From NCBI GenBank assembly GCA_002269645.1, contig NIVC01000020.1, forward strand, positions 868,001 to 932,000: a stretch of 64,000 bases of DNA. The letters run 5' to 3'. This stretch comes from Macrostomum lignano. Its lineage: Eukaryota. The notes under the pieces are model-generated. The model was given only the letters and a program-made list of their open reading frames with translations. It was not told where the DNA came from and did no database searches. Made by a program: the position numbers and the translations under genes. Below, one piece after another: positions 1 through 16,235 of the stretch (position 1 is its first letter; the number at the start of each line of letters is the position of its first letter).

Positions 1-3
1 CAG

Positions 4-3000
4 TGGCGCCGTCCCCCAGCCTGATGCAGGAGACGCAGCTGCAGTTTGACACGAACGCCACTCTCACCTGGAACCAAAGACGGCGAATTCCCGGCCAGTT
101 GCTATACTACAGGGTCCGCTACTCCCCCATCTCCTATCCGGCTGTCCAGTATCAGCTGAACGTGTCTGCCCAGCACAACCGAGTCGTGCTCACCAAACTG
201 CAGCCCATGAGCGAATACCGGGTCTCCCTGGCCGCTGTCACCGGCCTGGGCCCGGGCGCCGAGTCCAACACCATCGTGGTGTCCACCGAGCCCAGCTGGC
301 CCAGCTCGCCAAGGCAGGTGCAAATCGAAACGGGCTTCGAGGCCGGCGCCGTGGTCTCCTGGGCGCACAGCCGCTTCACAATGCAGATTCCCAAATCCCG
401 AAAGAGCTCGGGCATCCCACTCGAAGCGCCGGCTAGGAAATATCCCGCCCACCTGCTGGCCTTTCGCGTCAGCTGGGCCTTCCTGGACCCGGCCGGTCCC
501 GGGGCCGCCCGCACCTCCGGGCACATGGAGACCAAGCCTCTTAATGACATGTCTGGCTGTAGCTGCTCAGCCACGGACTGGAGGCCCCGCTCCCCCAGCA
601 CGCCCTGCCGGGATCAGCCGGATCGGATTTGCGTGAGTTCTCAGACTGCATCCCCCAGCATCCTCTATACTGCATCCCCCCAGCATCCTCTGTACTGCAT
701 CCCCCCAGCATCCTCTGTACTGCATCCCCCAGCATCCTCTGTACTGCATCCCCCCAGCATCCTCTGTACTGCATCCCCCAGCATCCTCTGTACTGCATCC
801 CCCAGCATCCTCTGTACTGCATCCCCCAGCATCCTCTATACTGCATCCCCCAGCATCCTCTATACTGCATCTCCCAGCATCCTCTATACTGCATCCCCCA
901 GCATCCTCTATACTGCATCCCCCAGCATCCTCTATACTGCATCCCCCAGCATCCTCTGTACTGCATCCCCCAGCATCCTCTATACTGCATCCCCCAGCAT
1001 CCTCTATACTGCATCCCCCAGCATCCTCTATACTACATCCCCCAGCATCCTCTGTACTGCATCCCCCAGCATCCTCTATACTGCATCCCCCAGTATCCTC
1101 TATACTGCATCCCCCAGCATCCTCTATACTGCATCCCCCAGCATCCTCTATACTGCATCTCCCAGCATCCTCTCTACAGCATTCCCCAGCATCCTCTCTA
1201 CAGCATCCCCTAGCATCCTCTATACTACATCCCCCAGCATCCTCTATACTGCATCTCCCAGCATCCTCTCTACAGCATCCCCCAGCATCCTCTATACTGT
1301 ATCCCCCAGCAGCCTGTATTCTCTATTCCTCTATTCATCCAAGGTGTGATCAATGCCAATTATCCCGTCATCACAGGTGTGATCAATGCCACGTAGTAAC
1401 CAGTGCAATGCTGATTTTTTTATTCCCAGTTTCACAGCCCTCCCTCATCTCTTACCCCCTTCCAAACTCCAGGTGCTAATTCCCTGGTCCCAGCTGGCCG
1501 CCGGACGCTCTCCGCCGGACGACTCAGGCGTGCTCACCCGGGTCAGCTTCTCCGTGCGCAGCGTCGGCCTGTCGCAGTGGTCGGCCGGCCGGCGCTATCC
1601 CGGCCACGTGTCCGAGGATTGCACTACCGACATTCCGGCCGCGTACATTTTCCCCAAATCGGCGGCCTCCCATTCCACCAAGCAGCCGGTCATTGTGGGC
1701 GTCATTGTTGGTGGCTGCATCATGCTGTTGGCTATTGGGATCATCGCCTTCCTAATTTGGAAGTGGCTCTGCAGCCACCGTGGCTACCGCAGGCCGTTCG
1801 GCACTGCCATGGAAACGATGGAGTTCGTAGGTGAGGCTGCCTCTCATTGTGTTCTGCACCCTGTCAGGTCTTTGTCGCGTAGCCTTTATTGTACGCTTCA
1901 GGGTCATGTCAGGTAATTGTACATATTAGAGTCATGTCGCGTCATGGAAGACTTTAGGGTCATGTCGGGTCATGGAAGACTTTAGGGTCATGTCGGGTCA
2001 TGGAAGATTTTAGGGTCATGTCGGGTCATTAGAGACTTTAGGGTCATGTCGGGTCATTAGAGACTTTAGGGTCATGTCGGGTCATTAGACACTTTAGGGT
2101 CATGTCGGGTCATTAGAGACTTTAGGGTCATGTCGGGTCATTAGACACTTTAGGGTCATATCAGGTCATTAGAGACTTTAGGGTCATGTTGGGTCATTAG
2201 AGACTTTAGGGTCATGTCGCGTCATGGAAGACTTTAGGGTCATGTCGGGTCATTAGAGACTTTAGGGTCATGTCGGGTCATTAGAGACTTTAGGGTCATG
2301 TCGGGTCATGTAAGACTTTGGGGTGGTTTCGGGTCATTGTTATTGTTAATAATACTAGGATTCGTGCCAGGTCATCGCGAGACCGTTGAACCAGGTCACT
2401 TCAGGTCCTCTTGTAAGCCTCAGGGCCATTTTAAGTCAAATCACCCCTAAGTGCGGTCACCTTTGGTTCATCCCGACGCGAACCCGCAGAGCACGAGTAC
2501 AACGGCACTCGCAGCTCCGGCTGCCGGCCCCAGTTCCGGCCGTACAGCCAGACGGAATTCAAGCCGCTCAGCATCCCGGATTTCAGGGAGCACGTGCTGG
2601 CCAGCCACGCCAACGACAACTCGGCCTTCCAGATGGAGTTCGACAGCGTGCAGCAGTCAACCCACCGGGACTGGCCGGCCCTGCACTGGAAGCAGCCGGA
2701 GAACCTGGCTAAGAACAGATACACAGACATCTACCCGTGTGAGTGACACCTCAGGTGGGATGTGCGGTCAGCGCCTCAGTTATCTTCACTGACTCCTGTG
2801 CCACTCATGTGATCAACTTTAATTTCAGTTGATCACAGCCGGGTTATTCTGTTCAGCAATAGCAGGAAGAAGCGAGGGGACTACATCAATGCGAACTATG
2901 TCGACGTGAGTGGCTTGTTATTGCTCTCATTGCTAAAAGAAATTCCAGAATCCCAATAGCCATCCCAGATCCCAGAATCCTAATAGCCATCCCAGAATCT

Positions 3001-6000
3001 TAACAGCAATCCCAGAATCCTAATAGTAATCCCAGATCCCAGAATCCTAATAGTAATCCCAGATCCCAGAATCCTAATAGTAATCCCAGATCCCAATAGC
3101 CATCCCAGATCCCAGAATCCTAATAGCCATTCCAGATCCAGAATCCTAATAGCAATCCCAGATCCAGAATCCTAATAGCAATCCCAGATCCCAGAATCCT
3201 AATAGCCATCCCAGAATCCTAATAGCCATCCCAGATCCCAGAATCCTAATAGCCATCCCAGAATCCTAATAGCCATCCCAGATCCAGAATCCTAATAGCA
3301 ATCACAGATCCCAGAATCCCAATAGCAATCCCAGATCCCAGAATCTCAAAAGCAATCCCTGTGATTTCTGATCACAAATCTCTGAGTCCCAATAGGAATC
3401 CCAGTGATCCAAATTCCAATCCCAATAGCGATCCCAAATCCCAGATCCCAATAGCCATCCCAGAATTCTAATAGCGATCCCAAATCCCAGATCCCAATCT
3501 CAACCGCATTCAATGCTGACCCTCCGCAGGGCTACCACCGGCCCAAGGCCTACATCGCCTGCCAGGGCCCGCTGCCGGCCACGTTCGACGACTTCTGGCT
3601 GATGGTCTGGGAGAACAAGAGCAGCGTGGTGGTCATGATCTCCAACTTTGTGGAGCGCGGAAGAGTGAGTCGTCTGTAGGGCAATTAGATGCGGCTGATG
3701 AAGCTTGACCAGGGGTTTTATCGGGAATTATTAAGGCTATTGCTTGCTATAGATAATGCCCAATGTTTATTGTGAATTAAGAGCCTTGGAGCTGTGGATG
3801 AAGTGTTTATAGGGAAGCTGAGCTGTGGGAGAATTTCAGCAAGGCCGACCCCCCCCCCGCAGCGCAAGTGCGACCAGTACTGGCCGGGCAGCGGGTCGCA
3901 GACCTACGGCCACATCTCGGTGAGGTTCATCAGCCAGGAGAGCAAGGCCGCCTATTGCCTGCGCAAGTTCGGCATCCGGGACACGCGGGCGAAGAAGTCC
4001 GTGAAGGAGCGGCTGTTGCACCACTACCTGTACTCAGAGTGGCCGGACTACGGCGTGCCCCAGTACCCGCTGCCGGTGCTCAACTTTGTGCAGAAGTCGA
4101 TCAGGTCGTCTGATGACCACGGGCCTATTGTGGTGCACTGCAGGTGACTGCCCTGTTAATGCTCTGTTGATATATTGATACAGTAGCATCTTTGTTGATA
4201 GATTGATACAGCAGCTCTATTGATAGATTGATACAGCAGCTCTATTGATAGATTGATGCAGCAGCTCTATTGATAGATTGATACAGTAGCAGCTCTACTG
4301 ATACATTGATACAGCAGCTCTATTGATACAGATTGATACAGCAGCAGCTCTATTGATAGCTTGATACAGCAGCTCTATTGATAGATTGATGCAGCAGCTC
4401 TATTGATAGATTGATACAGCAGCAGCTCTATTGATAGGTTGATGCAGCAGCTCTATTGATAGATTGATGCAGCAGCTCTATTGATAGCTTGATACAGCAG
4501 CTCTATTGATAGATTGATGCAGCAGCTCTATTGATAGATTGATACAGCAGCAGCTCTATTGATAGGTTGATACAGCAGCTCTATTGATAGATTGATGCAG
4601 CAGTAGCTTTATTGATAGGTTGATACAGCAGCTCTATTGATAGATTGATGCAGCAGCAGATCTATTGATAGATTGATGCAGCAGCAGCTCTATTAATAGA
4701 TTGATACAGTAGCAGCTCTATTGATAGATTGATACAGCAGCAGCTCTATTGATAGATTGATACAGCAGCAGCTCTATTGATAGATTGATACAGCAGCAGC
4801 TCTATTGATAGATTGATACAGTAGCAGCTCTATTGATAAATTGATACAGTAGCAGCTCTACTGATACATTGATACAGCAGCTCTATTGATACAGATTGAT
4901 ACAGCAGCAGCTCTATTGATAGGTTGATACAGCAGCAGCTCTATTGATAGATTGATACAGCAGCAGCTCTATTGATAAATTGATACAGTAGCAGCTCTAC
5001 TGATACATTGATACAGCAGCTCTATTGATACAGATTGATACAGCAGCAGCTCTATTGATAGGTTGATACAGCAGCAGCTCTATTGATAGATTGATACAGC
5101 AGCAGCTCTATTGATAGATTGATACAGCAGCCCTAATATTAGCGCTGCTATTCCGCCATCCCCGCAAGCGCGGGCGTCGGCCGCACGGGCACGTACATCT
5201 GCATTGAGGCGCAGATCCGGCAGATTCTGCAGCAGAAGACGGTGAACGTGCGCGGCTTCCTGGAGCACATCCGGCAGCAGAGGATGCGCCTGGTGCAGAC
5301 GGAGGAGCAGTACGTCTTCATTCACGACGTGCTGCTGGAGTTCCTGCTGTGCCCGGAACGGGAGGTGCCCAGGGACCAGCTGACCAGCTACATCAAGGGG
5401 CTGGACGAGCCCGGACCCTGCGGCTGCAGCAGGCTGGAGACTCAGTACCAGGTGCGCACCTCGCTCACTCTCTTAATTGACAGTTAGCCTTATTGACAGT
5501 ACGCCCTGACCCCTAACCAACCCCTGCCCATTCCCCGTGTCTGATTCTCCCTAATCCCCTGTCTGATTCTCCCTAATCCCCTGTCTGATTCTCCCTAATC
5601 CCCTGTCTGATGCTCCCTAATCCCCTGTCTGATGCTCCCTAATCCCCTGTCTGATGCTCCCTAATCCCCTGTCTGATGCTCCCTAACCCTCTGTCTCATG
5701 CTCCCTAATCCCCTGTCTGATGCTCCCTAATCCCCTGTCTGATGCTCCCTAATCACCTGTCTGATGCTCCCTAATCCCCTGTCTGATGCTCATTAATCCC
5801 TGTATCAAATCCCAAAGATGTCAAATTCACAAAAATCCCAACTAAAGCTCGACTGGGGTCCTCAGCCCCGCACCATAGCAACCAGTGCAGCTCCAACCCA
5901 CCGCTTCAACTCCCGCAGCTGTGCGTGTCCGAGCAGCCGTCGCCGCGTGACCGGATGGCCGCCAAGAAGCCGTGCAACGCGCGCAAGAATCGCTGCATCC

Positions 6001-6229
6001 TGCCCAGTGAGTCCGCGCTAGGTTAAACTATTCCTCCTGTTCACCCACATCAGTGATTTGCGCGCTTAGTTCTGTTTTTTTCACCTTCTCTGCAGTCGAC
6101 TCCCGCCGCGTGAAACTGACGGCCGAGCCCGGGGTGGAGGGGTCCGACTACATCAATGCGTCTCACCTGCATGTGAGTGCGCTGCCCTGCCGCTGGGCTG
6201 GACTGACTGACAGTGACAGACACACACAC

Positions 6230-6308
<79 letters not shown>

Positions 6309-6309
6309 C

Positions 6310-6367
<58 letters not shown>

Positions 6368-8493
6368 CAGAACAGGTGCTTAACCCTCTCACCACCGCCT
6401 CTCTAGGGCTACTTCTCTATGAACGAGTACATCGTGACGCAGCACCCGCTCGAGGAGACCGTGTTCGACTTCCTGAAGATGATCTGGGATCACAACTGCT
6501 CTGTTGTGGTCAGCGTCTACACCGAAGACTCGCCCGATGAGCCGCCCCTGCCCAGCATCTGGCCCACGCCCGAGGACGACATGCGCGAGGCCGAGCACCT
6601 GCAGCTGTACTTTCGGTGAGACAGACCAACCCATCCCATTTCCATGGAATTATCCCATATCCCTGTTATCCCATTCTCATAAATTATCCCATATTCCAAT
6701 TGTCTCGTTCTCTATAGTATTTTCATTTTGAAATCTCACCACTCTTACCCCTCAAATCCCCGCCCAGCAACGAGGAAGAATATCCCTTCGCCACCCGGCG
6801 CGAATTCCTCATGGCCACTAAACGCGACGACTACAGCCTGGTGGTGTCGCTGTGGACTCTGAAGCGCTGGCCGGAGCTGCTGGGCCAGGCCATGGACATG
6901 ATGAAGCTGGTCGGCGCCGTCTCCGAGCGCAGGGCGCCGCCCGCCGCGCCGCTGATTGTGATGGACACGTGAGCAGCGATTCACCTACACTGCACTTTTA
7001 GCTGTCAGGTCTCGGTCGAGTTGGACCTGCGACTGAGCCGAGCCCCCCCTTCCCTAACTGCAGGTACGGAAGCAGCCACGCTGGCATCTTCTGCGCCCTG
7101 TACAGCCTGTACCACCAGCTGCAGCTGGAGCACTCGGTGGACGTGTACTCGCTGTTCAAGCTGTACCACCTGCAGCGGCCTGGCATGTTCAACAGCTCGG
7201 TGGGTGCCACCAACCCGTCACCTGCTTCAGTGACCACCCCAGACCTCCACAATGATCCCCCAGACTCCACAAGGATCCCCCCAGACTCCAAAATTATCCC
7301 CCAGACTCCACAATGATCCCCACAGACTCCGCAAGGATCCCCCCAGACTCCACAAGAATCCCCCAGACCCCACAAGAATCCACCCAGACCTCCACAATGA
7401 TCCCCACAGACTCCACAAGGATCCCCCCAGACTCCACAAGAATCCCCCCAGACCCCACAATGATCCCCCCAGACTCCACAAGAATCCACCCAGACCTCCA
7501 CAATGATCCCCACAGACTCCACAAGGATCCCCAGACTCCACAAGGATCCACCCAGACTCCACAAGGATCCCCACAGACTCCACAAGGACCCCCCAGACTC
7601 CACAAGAATCCCCCAGACTCCACAAGGATCCCCCAGACTCCACAAGGATCCCCCAGACTCCACAAGGATCCTCCAGACTCCACAAGGATCCCCCAGACTC
7701 CACAAGGATCCCCCAGACTCCACAAGGATCCTCCAGACTCCACAATTACCCCACAGACTCCACAATGATCCCCCCAGACTCCACAAGGATCCCCCAGACT
7801 CCACAAGGATCCCCCAGACTCCACAAGGATCCCCCAGACTCCACAAGGATCCCCCAGACTCCACAAGGATCCCCCAGACTCCACAAGGATCCCCCAAACT
7901 CTACAAGGATCCCCCAGACTGTTTCAGGCACTCTCTTACCCTCTCCAACCCCCATATTCGCTAATCTGTCTCATGCTCTCCAATCCCCCCCTGCTAATCT
8001 GCAAGCCGCCTCATGCGTCCCCTCCGCTCGTTGCCCCCAGGCCGACCTCCAGTTCATCTACGAGGTGATCACCTTCCACGCCTCAGTCAACTCGCCGAGC
8101 AGCAGCCTCCTTCCGCAGCGTCGCGACAACGGCGGCACCGGCGGCACCCTCGGCAGCCGGGGCGGCGACAGGCGGGAAGCGCAGCAGCTGCCGGCCCAGG
8201 AGGCTCTGCACATGTCCGAGCAGTTGAAGCAACTGCAGCAGGAGGTTGAGGAGACCTGCGGCCAGGAGAAGCAGCTCGCCGAGTCGACTGTGGCGACCGC
8301 CGTCCCCTCTGGTGACGCCGCCATCACCAACGGCTCCGATAGCGGAGCGGCTGCGGCTTCGATGGTGGCGGCGGCCGAGCCCGTCTCCTTTGGTGACGTC
8401 GCCATCGTCAACGGCTCCGATGGTGTTGAGGAGGCGCGCGGAGCTGCCAACGCGAACGGCGCCGTCTCGCTGACGCTTCCGAAGGATGCATGA
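4..8493 (+). CDS. Receptor-type protein tyrosine phosphatase, PTP99A/PTPRG/PTPRZ-like (5'-partial): 2 FN3, TM, active D1, inactive D2
   Basis: Exons 4-632, 1473-1830, 2490-2738, 2829-2905, 3530-3664, 3863-4143, 5169-5451, 5919-6006, 6096-6172, 6407-6615, 6768-6968, 7064-7199, 8041-8493; all phases compatible. FN3 ([23 protein letters not shown]), [27 protein letters not shown]1 motifs [48 protein letters not shown]; D2 has VMDTYGSSHAG (Cys->Asp). Confidence 0.93.
645..1320. repeat. 24-bp minisatellite, PTP intron
   Basis: Unit TACTGCATCCCCCAGCATCCTCTA; source of the (TASPSILY)n ORF. Confidence 0.95.
1925..2325. repeat. 28-bp minisatellite, PTP intron
   Basis: Unit AGGGTCATGTCGGGTCATTAGAGACTTT. 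Confidence 0.95.
2945..3500. repeat. Degenerate ~26-27-bp minisatellite, PTP intron
   Basis: Unit approx. ATCCCAGATCCCAGAATCCTAATAGCA. Confidence 0.9.
4165..5130. repeat. 25-28-bp minisatellite, PTP intron
   Basis: Unit GATTGATACAGCAGCAGCTCTATTGATA. Confidence 0.95.
5538..5800. repeat. 22-bp minisatellite, PTP intron
   Basis: Unit CTGTCTGATGCTCCCTAATCCC. Confidence 0.95.
6215..6366. repeat. (CAGA)n microsatellite, PTP intron
   Basis: Direct reading. Confidence 0.97.
7235..7920. repeat. 20-21-bp minisatellite, last PTP intron
   Basis: Unit CCCCAGACTCCACAAGGATC. Confidence 0.95.
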
Positions 8494-10029
8494 CGGGTCG
8501 GGGGCTGTCGGATTTAAATTTCTATGCGACTGAAGTTGCGTGCAATGCGGTAATCCGGGCACTTCTGGCGTTACCGATCCTCAAAGATACTTTTCCATCT
8601 CCCAATTATCGCAACGCGTTATCCTTTGCATCGTTATCTCATCTCCCTGTAATCCCATCCCCCAATTATCCCATATCCCAGCTATCCCAGGTATCCCATC
8701 CCGAGCCAGCTAACCTCATCAGCTCTCAACCATCCAACCTGTCACTGTTGATCATCATTAATCGAGACGCCCCCCCCCCTGACCATTTGCTTTTTATAGC
8801 TAATCTGCAGCGTGCAGTCAAAATTTGTCTTTTAAATCGTGAAAATTGGCTTCGCTGTGGCCGCCTGCTAATTTAGGACATGTTATATCGCAGCTCAGCA
8901 GTTCATCTCTTCTGACCTCCCATCCCGACCGAATTCTGTTTAATTTGCGCTCATCTTTACAATTTTAAGTATTTTTCATCTGTTAGTAACAACCGTGCAC
9001 AACTACTTACTGAGTAGAGCTTATCAGTAGCCAATAACGCATATGCGCACCAATGCCTTTTTTCTGCATCGCTTTCCGCGCTCTTTTTGGCAGTGTTTTG
9101 TGCGACAGATTCTACCCGTCACACCCAATTTATTTTCTCTGATCAGCCGCAGCCCTAGTCAGCCTGCGGGACCAGTCCATTGTTGCAAAGTAGTTCCCCT
9201 GTTCCAGCACCTGCCCCAGCTTCCTCCGCTAGCAAAATGAAAACTGCCTCAAATTCTCAGCGTTTCAAGCTGCTCACAGCCTGATGCTTTTGTATTAAAC
9301 ATCTGCTGCTTTTACTGTCCGTGCTTATTAGCTACCTGCGGCTTGCACTCGTGTTTTCTGTGGTTACTGTACATGTAAATTTATTGCATCATTTTTATCC
9401 GATTTTCTACTGTGAATTCACTTTTAATCGCCGATTCAGTTCGATTGTTTTTTAGCTTAGCGCTGTTTGTTTGGCACAGTTTGGTTGGCCAGGCGACCAG
9501 AGATGACTTGCATTTTTTATATGCCCCATCTTGAATATGACTATTAAATACATCACTTACTTAACTCAAACTGGTGGTTAAAACGCTTTGCTGAAGTCTG
9601 CCGGTACAAGACAGTCTGCTTTTTAAAAGAACGCAGATAAAACCATCAATACAGCTAATGTGGGTTCGAGTTCGGCTTTTTTCAGAGCTTTCTCGATCAC
9701 GGCTCCAAATGTTGAACAAATTAAAGCTTTTGCGAAAATTGAAGCATCACCTTAAAATTTTTTGTTTTGTTTTTATCCAGCAACTACAGGCTATGCAAAG
9801 TTCAGCTTTAAAACTAAAGATGCACTTATGTTCTAAATTCACCTTTGCAAAAACTAGTCACGCCGTAAGCTTTCTGTCATACGAGATCTTAACTGGCGAC
9901 ATGCAGAATTCTGGTTCAAGGCGGCGGCACTCCTACTTATCTGAGAACCTGTTCAGAATTTATAACGTAGCTTGTCAGAGATCCCATCACGAATCTCCTC
10001 AATTGTTTATGCAACGAAATCTTCCATGC

Positions 10030-10062
10030 CAGGGACAACTAAAAGGGTTTTAGTTGTCCCTG
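10030..10062. mobile_element. 33-bp TIR-only micro-MITE or collapsed DNA transposon
   Basis: CAGGGACAACTAAAA-ggg-TTTTAGTTGTCCCTG, a perfect 15-bp inverted repeat, flanked by the 9-bp direct repeat CTTCCATGC (10021-10029, 10063-10071). Confidence 0.65.
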
Positions 10063-10329
10063 CTTCCATGCGTATTTTTGGTCAATAACTCCAAAAGAAA
10101 AACTTCTTAATGATGCAAAGACTATAGAGCGTAGATAAGTACGAAAAAAATTGGGCAGTCATTCTTTTTTGGATTTCAGAACACATTTCGGTTTATTCTA
10201 GCATACTTGTATATTTTAGAAAAATATTATATATATAAGTATATTGTCTATTGTATATTTATATATTTTAGTGTCTCACAAAATGACAATGCGGCAAGAA
10301 AAGTAAAAAACGTTTTTATTTTCAATCAG

Positions 10330-10481
10330 GTAGAGATGCTCGTTTAATAAATAATAGAGAAATGAAGGCCAACACCAACATATAAGTTTATTATTATAGC
10401 CAACGCGTTTCGACACAAGCGGTCATCTTCAGTGGCTATAATAATAATTTACTTATATGTTGGTGTTGGCCTTCATTTCTC
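10330..10481. mobile_element. Small Penelope-like (pLTR-derived) insertion with hairpin and 13-bp TSD
   Basis: Inverted arms 10353-10402 and 10433-10485, identical apart from a 3-nt indel; direct repeat TATTTTCAATCAG at 10317-10329 and 10482-10494. Confidence 0.6.
10403..10432 (-). ncRNA. Minimal type-I hammerhead ribozyme-like core (Penelope-type)
   Basis: Minus strand CTGAAGA-T-GAC-cgcttgt-GTC-GAAA-CGCGT, closed by a 50-bp stem I. Helix III is the palindrome ACGCGT. The cleavage-site nucleotide is atypical (GU followed directly by the stem). Confidence 0.65.
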
Positions 10482-11707
10482 TATTTTCAATCAGATAGTT
10501 TAGAGCATGGGGGCGAGTCAATAACACAATACCCCACTGGCTTAACGAGCTGGCGGGCTGGTTGCACCCACCCCCCAACTAGGCGAGCCAGGGGGGTTTG
10601 AGTACCAATGCACCAGAGATCACGCTGCTTGCAGGTCTGGCCGCCACAATATTATATATTATTGCCCACCACATGTATCTTAGCCATAATGTGCTAAACT
10701 GGTTTTTGACGGCATAGCGTGTGGTTGCTGGGGGTTACGGTGTATCGTTTTGAACAAGAAAAAAGGCACCAATTCAATTTAGACAAATTCTTTCGATTTA
10801 TATAAACATGTTTCACGGGACGTTTTTCAATTTAAATTTGACAGGCTCTCTGCCTCTCTGGATTACATTCTTATAAAGTTATAAACTTGTGTTTATCCTT
10901 ATATAGACCGAATTAAAGCTGCAAATTCTAATCAATGCGAAGATGCTTGTTATTAATTTTATTGCAGAAACAATGCTAAAACCAAATTTAATGTTTTTTC
11001 TTAAATTGTACCTACCAACAATCAGTACAACTTATGTAGAACCCTTTAATAGTTTTATTTTGAAACGCGTGAATTAGTCTATGTAATTTTGTATCAACAT
11101 AAATTCGGTAAAAGCTTTATACTTTTATATAGACAAATTTATACATGATTCTGCCATCATGTATGTGATATCCGAAATGATTTTCTTCACGAACATTTCT
11201 CTCTTATGTAGCAAATTTTAGAAGTCATGGATAATATGTTAAAGTTTAAACCTACAGTTTATTTACCTTTAAAATTTATTGTTATTTCCAACAGTTTAAT
11301 GCTAAGGACTACAGTGGTGTGGTCCTTGTTTAATGCATGGATAAATAATATTTTCCATAAAGAGCAAGCAAAAAATGAATTAGGGGTCGATTTTGATATA
11401 AAAGTAATAAATTACCATTTACTTAAGCTTTGCCGTTTTCTAACTGTAAAATTTATACTATATTCATTCTGCTATAAAGTGGAAGCACATAATATTTATA
11501 TAGAAATATCATTTTGACCAAATTTCTATTATTGTCTTTTGAAATTTATTTTGTTTTACATATTTTTTTAGTTTGTTTCCTTTTAAACTGTAATAATAGT
11601 ATTTGAGCTGATATAAAAATATTTTCAACTTTGAAAATCAGGCATGCTTGATTTTTATCTAGGAATGGAAAAAAATCCAATCTGGCAATATGCTTGATGG
11701 TATCTAA

Positions 11708-15126
<3,419 letters not shown>

Positions 15127-15884
15127 GCGCGACTCGAATCCAGGACCTACAAAGAACTTCGCCTTCTTATTATTCTTATTGCAGTTGTTCTTGCTTTTTG
15201 TGCAACCGTGCAGAAATTTGATTTCTCAGCTTTGTTTATCGCTCTATTTATTTGCTTGTTTATTTAAAAATTGCCCAGTCAGTCCAGCCATTCGAATAGT
15301 CAGACATATACAGCTTTTTTTCTCGTTTACCGCTTTTAATTTAAAAGCATTTTTTCAAATCTGTGCAATGTGTCTTAAAAATTACTTTTTATCATTCCTT
15401 AGCCCCATGCAGTGCATGCGGTTAGCAACTGTACCTGCCGCACGCTGCAATCTTTTGAACATCCTTGATGAGCCTCACAACTGAGTCTCCTGAATAGCAC
15501 CCAACGTCGAATCTCTGTGTCCGGATCTCTCCACTGTTTTTTCTCTCTTTCTACTGAATAATAAACTTCTGTGTTGTCAGCGATGGCTGCTGCTCCCGCC
15601 GCTCCTCCATCGCCTGTTTTATCCATTAATTTCTCTCTTGGCCTGTTGTTGCAGCCAAAATATTGCTGCCATCGGTTGGCCTACTTATTAGCTTATAACT
15701 GAAGTAGTATGCACGGGATATTAATAGATTTTTATCCAAGCCAGGCCGAAAATATTCGGCTTTGTTGATTAAACATCGGCCTGAAGTTTTGTCAGCAAAG
15801 ATTTTTGACCGCCTTGTTTTGCCTTTCTTTACCGACAGCCGTGCGCTGGGCGATGGCGGCTCGTTGCATGCTGCGAATGGGGGA

Positions 15885-16235
15885 ATTTCTCACTTTCTGA
15901 ATTGCTGAGCGGGGAATTCCTCACTTTCTGAGTTGCTGAGCGGGGAATTCCTCACTTTCTGAGTTGCTGAGCGGGGGGAATTCCTCACTTCTGAATTGCT
16001 GAGCGGGGATTCCTCACTTCTGAATTGCTGAGCGGGGGGAATTCCTCACTTTATGAATTGCTGAGCGGGGAATTCCTCACTTTCTGAGTTGCTGAGCGGG
16101 GAATTCCTCACTTTCTGAATTTCTGAGCGGGGAATTCCTTACTTCTGAATTGCTGAGCGGGGGATTCCTCACTTCTGAATTGCTGAGCGGGGGGAATTCC
16201 TCACTTTCTGAATTGCTGAGCGGAGAATTTCTCAC
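15885..16235. repeat. ~31-bp minisatellite, intergenic
   Basis: Unit TTCTGAATTGCTGAGCGGGGAATTCCTCACT, with a degenerate tail to about 16560. Confidence 0.9.

Noticed and set aside
11005-11060. Minus-strand KGFYISCTDCW* as a Penelope GIY-YIG remnant near the hammerhead
   Set aside because: Only a few residues resemble VYxIxCxxC, it is followed by a stop, and there is no YIG motif or RT fragment; too weak without a profile search.
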